A DNA stretch of 17,645 nucleotides, taken from NCBI GenBank assembly GCA_030754595.1, contig JASLZZ010000106.1, positions 1 through 17,645 of the forward strand, in the 5' to 3' direction. Below the pieces are notes generated by a model, which was not told where the DNA came from, ran no database searches, and saw nothing but the letters and a program-made list of their open reading frames with translations. Source of the DNA: Nitrospinota bacterium (GTDB lineage: Bacteria > UBA8248). The position numbers were made by a program, and so were the translations under genes. Of the stretch, positions 9,381 to 17,635 are shown in pieces; the first letter of the stretch is position 1; each line of letters starts with the position of its first letter.

Positions 9381-9421
9381 TTATCCGACAATTTAAGTCG
9401 CCGATATTTACTGTCGTAGAT
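9381..9421. promoter_or_regulatory. Two overlapping palindromic Rrf2 operator candidates resembling IscR type-1 boxes
   Basis: CGAC-AATTTAA-GTCG (9386-9400) and CGAT-ATTTACT-GTCG (9402-9416) share the GAC-N7(AT-rich)-GTC geometry of IscR type-1 sites and lie just downstream of the predicted promoter. Confidence 0.65.
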
Positions 9422-9447
9422 ATAGGGCAGGAATCCTCGATTGTCAA
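9419..9447 (-). promoter_or_regulatory. Sigma70-type promoter of the isc operon
   Basis: Minus strand reads TTGACA (9447-9442), a 17-bp spacer, then TATATC (9424-9419): perfect -35 and a partial -10. Confidence 0.55.
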
Positions 9448-9601
9448 CGAAAGATAGGAGTAAATTCCTGAATTTTGCGTGGTTTTCACGCAGCAATTAG
9501 CGTTTGAATAAATGCCTACATCCGGAACCCGAAACAAAAGATCATAAATGCCGTATAAGTTATTAATATTCAAACGATTATACGTATTTTGGGGCTTTTT
9601 T

Positions 9602-10783
9602 TTATTTTTTTGTTTCGGCGAGCGCCCATTTGCCCTCTTTGATTTTCACCAAAACCAATGAATGAGGGTTCAGGCCATTGTGATCTGATGGGGTAATCCG
9701 GAAAATTCCTGTCAGCCCTTGGTAGGTGCCCATTGTCTCAATTCGCCGCCGAACCAGACCTCTGCGGGGGCTTCCGGCTAACGTCTTGCCAATGATGCGA
9801 AAAGCATCCGCGGCGTATCCGGCCAGGCCGTCCGGAAGCTGGCCGAATCGCCGCCTGAAGTCCGACCGAAACTTCTGAATCTGTTCTCGTCCAGGCGTAT
9901 TTTCGGTAAGAAGCTCCGCCGCGAAGACCCGAGGTACGGGGAACATCAAGCCCTCTACAGCGCGACCCCTCCCCTCTAACTCATATGATTTCGAGGCCAC
10001 CATGGATAAATAAATCGGAATCCGAATGTCGAGCGCCAGTCTTGCGCGGGCTAGCGCCAGGCGGGAGGCCCCGTTGCTCCAGTGAAGGAAAGCCTGAGCC
10101 CCACGGAGGTGGGATTTTTGCAAAAAGGGAAGAAAATTGTGTTCTTTCTCGGAAAACCGCTCATTTAGAAGAATCGACAAGCCCCTGTCCGGCGCTAGCC
10201 CGCTCAAGATTTCACGGCCCTCGCGGCCCAGCGCTTTCCCCGAGGCAAGGATTGCGATTCGCCTAAATCCCCTTAGGCTGATGTGGGAAAATACGCGGCC
10301 CACCGCCAGCGAAACCGGATGAGCTGTCGAAAACACCCATTTCCGAACAGGGCGAAGGAGGGCTTCGGGCGCAATGAGGGATGCCAGGGGAATCCGGGCC
10401 TTTTCGGCCTCGAGCGCCGCAGCCAGCGTAGCCTCCCTTTCGGCGGGTCCGATAATTGCGGTCGCGCCAAACTCCCCCGCCAACCGCTTCACTGCCTTCG
10501 TAGCTCCTTCGGTTTTGCCCTCGGAATCAATCAACACAAGCTGAATTCGTGCCAAAGAAGCAGGGCGCCCTTGATTGATCCGGCTCTCCTCAAGCAAGAG
10601 AGCGTCGCGCGCATGGCGGCCTCGGGCGGCGCCCTGGCCAGTCAGATCCAATACGGCCCCAATCACAGTTCTTCCTTTCACCGTCTCCTGGGAAACCGCC
10701 AGCTGCGGGTCCACGAGGCCCGGAACGCCTGCTGCAAGAAGGACAATAATAAAAAGCGCCTGGAAGCAAATTTTCCGAACCAT
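9602..10783 (-). CDS. ABC transporter substrate-binding protein, branched-chain amino acid (LivJ/LivK-like) family
   Basis: Signal peptide, IGAVLDLTG.GA..G, IQLVLIDS.G, AIIGP, KWVFST and C-terminal YQGLTGIF.ITP.DHNGL. Confidence 0.85.
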   Translation of the reverse strand: MVRKICFQALFIIVLLAAGVPGLVDPQLAVSQETVKGRTVIGAVLDLTGQGAARGRHARDALLLEESRINQGRPASLARIQLVLIDSEGKTEGATKAVKRLAGEFGATAIIGPAEREATLAAALEAEKARIPLASLIAPEALLRPVRKWVFSTAHPVSLAVGRVFSHISLRGFRRIAILASGKALGREGREILSGLAPDRGLSILLNERFSEKEHNFLPFLQKSHLRGAQAFLHWSNGASRLALARARLALDIRIPIYLSMVASKSYELEGRGRAVEGLMFPVPRVFAAELLTENTPGREQIQKFRSDFRRRFGQLPDGLAGYAADAFRIIGKTLAGSPRRGLVRRRIETMGTYQGLTGIFRITPSDHNGLNPHSLVLVKIKEGKWALAETKK

Positions 10784-10855
10784 AGCTTACAATGTCCCTA
10801 TACACGGCACCAAATAAATGGAAGATTTCAGGTAACTATCCGCTACTCTGTGAAC

Positions 10856-12031
10856 ATGTCAAATCAAAACGGAAAAAAACAGAAAATGCCAAACATGCGA
10901 GGGTTCTCTCCCGGCGAAAGGCGCTATGTGCGCGCAAAGTTGCTCCGCTGGTATGACAAAAGAAACAGGTTTTTTCCTTGGCGCGGAGAGTCCGACCCCT
11001 ACCGCGTCTGGGTATCGGAGGTCATGCTCCAACAAACTCGGACGGATACGGTCGCCGAGCGCTACCCCCGGTTTGTCTCTCGGTTTCCAACATTGAAATC
11101 GCTGGCCGACGCCCCACTCGAAGCTGTTCTTTCGGAATGGGAAGGACTCGGCTACTACAACCGCGCCCGAAATCTTCACCGCGCCGCCCGTATTATCGCC
11201 GAATCGCGGCAAGGAAATCTTCCCGCGGACAAGAAATCGCTCAACGATCTCCCGGGGTTCGGGCCCTATATTGCCGGTGCGGTTTCGAGTATCGCTTTTG
11301 GTGAACGAGCCGCGGCGATGGACGGGAATTTTGTTCGCGTCTTGAGCCGGCTTCTCGATATTAGCGAACCGGTGGACATGCCGACAGTCAAGGCGGCCCT
11401 CGAATCGGAGGCGGAGACGCTCGTTCCCCCCTCGCGGCCCGGTGACTTTAACCAAGCCATGATGGACCTGGGCGCAACAATCTGCCTGCCTAGAAACCCC
11501 CGCTGTCAGGCGTGCCCCCTTTCGCGGCACTGCTCCGCGCTGGCGGGGGGGACTGCGATGACCCGCCCCATAAAAACGAAAAAAAAAGCCCCCCCCCGGG
11601 AGGTCACCGTTTTTCAGCTCTGGGCGGAGAACCAGAATTCAATCCGGCTGGTCCGTCGAGAAGAAAAGGGGTTGTTCGGGGGAATGTGGGAATTGCCCGG
11701 CCTGATGATGGATGGGCGTCCCCTCCAGCCGGACAATAAAACTCTCGCTCACCTGTGCCAGTCGGCCCTGGGACCGGGATGGCGCCCGGGGAAAGTGATT
11801 GCCCGCCTCACCCGAACCCTTACACACCGGAAAATTCTTTTCGTCGTCCTTAGTGCGGTCAAAAAAAAAGGAACTCCCAACAATAATAAGAAAAAGACCT
11901 CGCCTAACGAAAAATCGATCTGGGCGGGTGCAGCAGATATCGAAGCGCTTCCGCTGCCCACCGCACAACGCGCTGTGATTCAGGCGGCCCGCGACGCTCT
12001 TCCGGGGGACCAGGAAAACCTGTTCGACTGA
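10856..12031 (+). CDS. mutY: A/G-specific adenine glycosylase MutY
   Basis: Motifs PWR...DPYRVWVSEVMLQQT, WEGLGYYNRARNL, HhH LPGFGPYIAGAV, DGNFVRVLSR, the [4Fe-4S] motif C-x6-C-x2-C-x5-C, and a C-terminal NUDIX-like domain (GLFGGMWELPG). The start is uncertain (10856 or a slightly later ATG); 10283 is an over-extension antisense to the binding-protein gene. Confidence 0.95.
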   Translation: MSNQNGKKQKMPNMRGFSPGERRYVRAKLLRWYDKRNRFFPWRGESDPYRVWVSEVMLQQTRTDTVAERYPRFVSRFPTLKSLADAPLEAVLSEWEGLGYYNRARNLHRAARIIAESRQGNLPADKKSLNDLPGFGPYIAGAVSSIAFGERAAAMDGNFVRVLSRLLDISEPVDMPTVKAALESEAETLVPPSRPGDFNQAMMDLGATICLPRNPRCQACPLSRHCSALAGGTAMTRPIKTKKKAPPREVTVFQLWAENQNSIRLVRREEKGLFGGMWELPGLMMDGRPLQPDNKTLAHLCQSALGPGWRPGKVIARLTRTLTHRKILFVVLSAVKKKGTPNNNKKKTSPNEKSIWAGAADIEALPLPTAQRAVIQAARDALPGDQENLFD

Positions 12032-12077
12032 ATCGTCAATGCACGGCGGCTTTCCCGGTTTGCTTTGCCCCAAAAGT

Positions 12078-12386
12078 TCACGGGCCCCAGAAAATGCCCA
12101 TGGGCCATATGATCGCACCTGTCCTTGCCGCCCAGGCCCAAGCCTCTTGTCCCTCGAACTTCGATGCGCTTCTCCAGATGGCGACCGTAGCGAAAGCGGA
12201 ATAAACCACCGCGAGCCCACCAACTAATACAAACGCGAAATCCCCTGTATGGCCAGAGGCGTGCAACCAGCGCATCGCCCACTTAAAAATCAGTTCCACC
12301 GTAAATCCGTAAAACCAAAAGGCGGGACACAGGGGAACCTCCCCGGCCCAAAGTTTTCTCGCGGTCTTGACCATATCTTCCGTCAC
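12078..12386 (-). CDS. Small hypothetical membrane protein
   Basis: 102 aa, Trp-rich, with 2-3 hydrophobic segments (LWAGEVPL..AFWFYG; VAIWRSA.KF.G). GTG start lies 3 bp after the arsC stop. Confidence 0.7.
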   Translation of the reverse strand: MTEDMVKTARKLWAGEVPLCPAFWFYGFTVELIFKWAMRWLHASGHTGDFAFVLVGGLAVVYSAFATVAIWRSASKFEGQEAWAWAARTGAIIWPMGIFWGP

Positions 12387-12389
12387 GCA

Positions 12390-12824
12390 CTAACCCTTCC
12401 CGAGCCTTCCGGGAAGTCCCTCGACAAATTCACGAATTTCATCTCTCACCCGCCGGTAATGTCCGAGCACTTCTTCTTCGTTGTCCGCGCTTTCAGCGAG
12501 CAGTGGAGGATCGTCAAAAGGTGCATGGATCGTTTTCGTCCCGCCGCGGAAGGATGGGCAGGTCTCGTGCGCGTGGCCGCACACCGTTACCACACAATCG
12601 AACGCCTCTCCGGCGAACTCACCCAGGCCTTTCGAGCGATGGCACGATATGTCCACACCGCACTCGGCCATCACCTGGACAGCGCGTGGGTTCAGGCCGT
12701 GAATTTCAATTCCCGCCGAAAAAGATTCGAGAGCTCCCGCCCTGAAGCTCCGCGACCATCCTTCGGCCATTTGGCTCCGGCAGAAATTCCCGGTGCACAA
12801 AAAAAGAACTCTGGGCTTCGTCAC
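12390..12824 (-). CDS. arsC: Thioredoxin-coupled arsenate reductase (LMW-PTPase fold)
   Basis: P-loop CTGNFCRSQMAEG, redox Cys pair in VTVCGHAHETCP, and FDDPP. GTG start with AAGGA RBS. Confidence 0.9.
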   Translation of the reverse strand: MTKPRVLFLCTGNFCRSQMAEGWSRSFRAGALESFSAGIEIHGLNPRAVQVMAECGVDISCHRSKGLGEFAGEAFDCVVTVCGHAHETCPSFRGGTKTIHAPFDDPPLLAESADNEEEVLGHYRRVRDEIREFVEGLPGRLGKG

Positions 12825-13498
12825 GGACTATCCTTTCGTTGCGCCGGCATCATTTTAAACGTGCGGGCACAATGCCGGTGGGCCGCCACCCCCTGAGCAG
12901 CCTCCCTTTCCTTGGGCTCCCTTTAAATCGGGACAATTACCCGCTCAGAGGGCGGTAAGGGGGAAAATTTCGATCATGATTGTTTGTTTTAGCCAAGATT
13001 TCTTATAACAATAAAACCTCTAACAATCCCATAACAATTCCCCCGGAATACCTTTCTAAAATGCTCTCTTGGCAACAGCGCTTCCGAAGGCCGAGCGCCC
13101 GCGCCAGTCCCGGGCCTATAAACCATTTTAATTTATCCCTATGCGGATAATACACGCATATCCGGCCGCTAGCGGCCCGGGAAGTAAATGAAGCGCGAAC
13201 GCTTTTATTTTTGTTCGTTTTTTCGTCCGGCAAAATCAATTTTCCGGTTCTTGCCGTACGGCAGGACACACTCCATGAACCCGAAAAAAGCGACATTCTC
13301 CTGGCACCTCACGGCAGCCCTGGCGCTAACTGCGGCGGTCTTTGGAGTCGACCTTTTCGTTCCGCTGGGCTTCGCGGACGGGATCCCCTATCTCTTTCCG
13401 TTGCTGGTTTCCCTGCGGTCTCCAAACCCGCATCACACGCTTATTGTCGCGGCGGCCGGGACGGCGCTTACCGTCGTCGGCTTCCTGTTTTCCCCCTC

Positions 13499-13509
13499 GG
13501 GGGGGGGGG
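13499..13509 (+). repeat. G11 homopolymer at the first frameshift of the sensor gene
   Basis: Sequence TC-G11-TTGTGG. G10 or G13 would join the N-terminal TM frame to the GAF frame. Confidence 0.9.
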
Positions 13510-13653
13510 TTGTGGATAGTGGTTCTCAACCGCCTTCTCGCCCTCCTGGTCATCTGGGTGACGGCGATCCTCTCGTTAAAGCGAAAGCGCGCGGAGACGG
13601 AACTCGAAAAGACGAACGCCGAGCTTGAGGAGCGGGTTCTCACGCGCACCGCC

Positions 13654-16600
13654 CGTCTCGCCGCGCTCGCCGAAGTCACCAAACGACTGACAAGCGGCCT
13701 GAGGCTAGACGATGTATTGCATTCGATTGCCGTAGACGCCGCACAGCTATTCTGGGGCGAGGCGGTGTTTCGCCTGAAAATCGGGGACACTCTGGCGCTA
13801 GCTGCGACGAGCGCCAATATCAGAAAGGTTGAACTCGTAGAAAGGCCTCACCTCTCTGAAACCACATCGGGGGTTGCCGTCGCGAAGGGGACTCCCCTCG
13901 TCGTCCCGGACATCACCTCAGATCAGAGAGCGCACCCCATCCACCTAAAAAGCATGGAAAGGCTGGGTTTGGGGGCGGTAATGCACATCCCGCTCATGCG
14001 CGACAAAGACAAAGAGGCGGTGGGCGTGCTGTCCGTATGGCGGGAGAAGGGTTACGTATTCGACGAGGCCACCATCGAAATTGCGAACACCCTAGCGGAC
14101 CAAGCGGTAATCGCCATTGAAAACTCCAGCCTCTATCAGGAATCGAAGGAGCGGGCGGAGCGCCTGAAAATCGTGGGGAATATCGCCAAGGCCGTAGGTT
14201 CCGAGCTCGATCCGGATGAGCTTTTCCACATCATTGCAAAGGAAATTCAGAATGTCGTGTCGTGTGATCGGTGCGTGGTAGGCGTCTTCGAGCCGGAAAC
14301 AAAGACTGTCCATCAATTCATCGAAGACACGGAACATCCGATAGGAATTTTCATCCCTGAAGAAGATTATCGGGTCGAAATTCCCCTTCAACAACTCTAC
14401 CGGACTAACCGGCCGGTTGACATTCCGGATGTTCTGGAAACCAAATGGCGGGAAACCCGTCTTGCGAAGGCCGGGTACCGCAGTCTTTTGTTCATTCCCG
14501 TAACTCAAGGGGAGCTCTGCGTTGCGTATGTACACTTGGCCAGCAGGGCGGTAGCCGCCTTCAGTTTCACTCATATTGAACTGCTCACCTCCGTCGCCAC
14601 TCACCTGGAACCTGCGATTCGAAACGCATCGCTCTACGGCCAATCCGAGCTGCGCGGAGGGCGCCTGGCGGCTCTGGTCTATATCGGCAAGCGCATAACG
14701 GAGGGACTGAATCTTGACGAAGTTCTGGAGTTGGTCGTTGAGAACGCCAGCAGGGTTTTAGAGGGAGAGACACTGTTCCGACTGAGGGAAGGCGATGAGC
14801 TTGTCATTTCTTCAAGAACCCCGGGAATGGAGGGGGTCCCCCTCAAAGAAAGACTTCAGTTCGGCGAGTCGGTCTTAGGGTGGGCCACCACGCACAAAAC
14901 CCCAAGGATTGTAACGGACCCGGCCTCTGACGAGAGAATTCACCCCGCGCACCGAGAGGCCTTTAGGGAAAAAGGGATCGAGACGCTGATGCACGTCCCC
15001 CTCGTAAGGGAAGGCGAGGTCTTGGGACTATTGTCCGTTTTGATAAAAAAGGAGACTCCTTTCCACGACGAAGATCTCGATATCGCGATCTCCCTGGCGG
15101 ATCAGGCCGCCATCGCCATCGAAAACACGCGCCTCCACGGGGAGGCCAGGGCGCGGGCCTCGCGCCTCGAAGTCGTCGGCAATATATCGCGTGCCGTAAG
15201 TTCCGAACTCGAGCCAAACGATCTTTTCAAAACCATCGTCGACGAGATTCGTAGCGCCATACCCTGCGATCGGGTTTCATTCGCTAGCTTCGACGCGGCT
15301 GAATGGTCTCCGATCTTCTACTTTGACGACGATCTTGAACATCCCGACACGGCTCTGAAAGACTATTCGTATACCGGCCTTCTCGCAAAGCCTGTTTACC
15401 AGACGAATAAGCCAAATTACATTCCGGATATTTCGAAGGCTCCATGGAACCAAGGTCGACACGCCAAGGGTGGGTATCGAAGTGCATTGGTCGTCCCAAT
15501 CGTTCGGGGTAGTCGGTGTATCGCGCATATTTTCCTTGCCAGCAGAAAACGTGACGCCTTCACGGATGACCAGGCAGAGCTCCTGGCTTCCATCGCCAAC
15601 CATCTCGGACCGGCTATCCGAAACGCCAGTCTCTACCAGGCTGCCGAAGAGCGCGCCGAACGGCTCGCTGTGCTGAACGAACTCAACCAGAAAATCACGC
15701 AGCACCTTGATCTGGGGGAGGTGCTGGACAATATGGGGCAGGCCACCCTGGGCCTCATCAGCGCCGATCGCGCTCAAATCTTTCTTTATGACGAATCCTC
15801 TTCCATGCTCGTCTCTCATTCGTCCGTGGGATCGACCAGCGATTCGGGCAAAACGAAAAACAGCTTCAAACCGGGCGAAGGCCTCGTCGGGATCGTGTTC
15901 CAGAGCGGCCAACCCATGATCTGCTCCGACATTCTTCAGGACCCCCGCTTGGTGAACGCCGAATGGTTCAAGATGAGGGGGCTGAATTCCCACATCGGTC
16001 AACTGCTTTATCAGGCGGGAAACGTTATCGGCGTCATCAATGCGTTCTCCGGGCCGGTCGATTCCTTTGACGGGTAGTACCTTGAAATCCTGGAGGCCCT
16101 TGCCTCCCAGGCATCGATCGCCATCGAGAACGCGCGCCTTCACGAGGAGGCCGTGCGGCGACTATCCGAACTAAATCGCCTCTAGGAGGCCGCCAAGTCC
16201 CTGACCTCCGGCATGCAATTGGCCGATATTTTGCTGAGGGTGGCCGCCTATGGAGAAGAGCTTCTGGGGGCGAGCCGTTCGTGCGTTTTCGAAAAAAAGA
16301 ATGACACAAAGAGCCTTGAGATCATATTTAGCAGAGGTCTTTCAAATTCATACTTACAGGCCCTGAAAGAAAAAACGAATGAGCTCCTTGCCAACAGGGC
16401 CGTTGCGGGGAAGGCTCCATTGGCAATCACCGACCCCGCAAACGATCCTCGGATAGGTTTCCTGCATGATGTCATTAGTGTCGAGGGATTTAAGTCCTCC
16501 CTGATCATTCTTCTCGTCTGTGAGGGAGAGGCAACCGGAACGTTAACCTTCTACTGGGACATACGCCAGGAATTTCCCGAACATGTGGTGGCCCTGGCCC

Positions 16601-17508
16601 AGACATTCGCCGATCACGCCGCCGTGGCCATCCATAACGCCAGGCTTTATGGCGACTTAGATGAAACGGAGGAAGCGCCTCGAGCTGGCCAATGAAATCG
16701 CCACGGCCGTGGGCTCCGAACTCGAGCCCGAGGTTCTTTTCAAAACCATCACCGAGGAAATCCGCAAGATAATTCCCTGCGATCGGTGCTCCATCGCCCG
16801 CTTCGACATTGGGAATAAAATTACCTACTTTTTCCAAGAGGACGCGGACAGTCCGATAGGGCCACCGCTTGAGGAAGAAAGAAAACATGGCCTTATGCCC
16901 GAAGAGGTGTACAGGACGAAGCGGCCATTTAATATTCCGGATATCCTGGAAACCCGGTGGCGTGAAAGTCGTCAAGTCAAAGCGGGCTACCGAAGCGTTT
17001 TGGTCATCCCCATTCTTCAGGAGGGGGAGTGCGCCGCCCACGTGCGCCTGGCCAGCAAGCAGGTCGGTTACTTCACCAAAGAGCATGAGGGGTTACTCTC
17101 CTCCATCGCGGGCCACCTTGGGACGGCAATCCAGAACGCGCGCCTTTACGAAGAGGTCAATAAGAGGGCAGATCGTCTCAATCTGTCCAATAAAATCTCC
17201 ACTGCCGTGAGTTCCCAGATCAGGCCCGATGAGTTGTTTCGAACCGTCGTTAGTGCCATTCGCCGGGCTGTGCAGTGCGCTCGGTGTGTGATAGCCGAAG
17301 CGGACCTGGAGAATGAGATGTACCGGTATCTTTATGTCGAATCGGACGTCGAGATGCCCCCGCTGGGATTGGGCAACCATCCCAAATCCTTGCTCGATGT
17401 TCTTCATAAAGAAAAACGGCCGGCTTATGTCACGGATTGTGCCGAAATCGACTCCCCTAACGCCCGGATACTGGCGGATGCAGTCTCCGTAGTGCAATTT
17501 ACGTCCCC
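13654..17508 (+). repeat. Eight tandem ~500-bp GAF-domain repeats
   Basis: Units start at about 13654, 14161, 14662, 15163, 15661, 16168, 16676 and 17174. The first seven end in an AI(E/R/H/Q)N..L(Y/H) signalling helix; the eighth is truncated. Confidence 0.85.
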
Positions 17509-17635
17509 CCCGAATTACCCATTACCCGATGCTTCCCCGGGGCGCCCTCGATTCCTTAAAACCCTTGAATCATTTCGTGTTTTTTAAATGAAATGGTAAA
17601 CTTCAGGCGGTGGTTATTTTCTGTCCTGAGGTGAT

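Larger units (their letters stand above)
13275..17508 (+). pseudogene. Disrupted membrane-anchored multi-GAF sensor protein (N-terminal TM module, coiled coil, 8 GAF domains; output domain missing)
   Basis: One continuous protein can be rebuilt from ATG 13275 across a frameshift at G11 (13499-13509), TAG 16075-16077, TAG 16183-16185, an extra A at 16664-16666 and a missing base near 17483. GAF similarity is lost after YVP (~17508). The ORF-track pieces 13188-13628, 13342-16077, 16213-16695 and 16661-17587 are fragments of it. Confidence 0.85.

Noticed and set aside
8898..9496. Long N-terminal extensions on IscS (from 9044) and Rrf2 (from 9496)
   Set aside because: These come from taking the furthest start codon. 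The ATGA overlap at 8894-8897 and the RBS before 9319 define the real starts, and the Rrf2 extension would run through the promoter.
10283..10855. MutY with a ~190-aa N-terminal fusion, as in the 582-aa ORF
   Set aside because: The extension is mostly the antisense of the binding-protein gene and has no recognisable domain; MutY similarity starts after ~10900.
13003..13296. 97-aa minus-strand ORF in the intergenic region
   Set aside because: No family features, it overlaps the sensor start and the putative regulatory motifs, and its composition looks non-coding.
16075..16185. Genome-wide TAG reassignment (alternative genetic code)
   Set aside because: rsmI, iscX, hscA, iscA and arsC all end at TAG at the expected family lengths, and no other gene in the window has an internal TAG.
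13654..17508. Phytochrome or cyanobacteriochrome photoreceptor array (a DIP tripeptide occurs in unit 2)
   Set aside because: I could not find the bilin-binding CH motif or PAS-GAF-PHY context. DIP is not conserved in sister repeats (NIPD, YIPD).
13654..17508. Diversity-generating retroelement template/variable repeat pair, or a CRISPR array
   Set aside because: The repeats are ~500-bp diverged protein domains with differences not confined to adenines. No reverse transcriptase, cas gene or short regularly spaced repeat is present.
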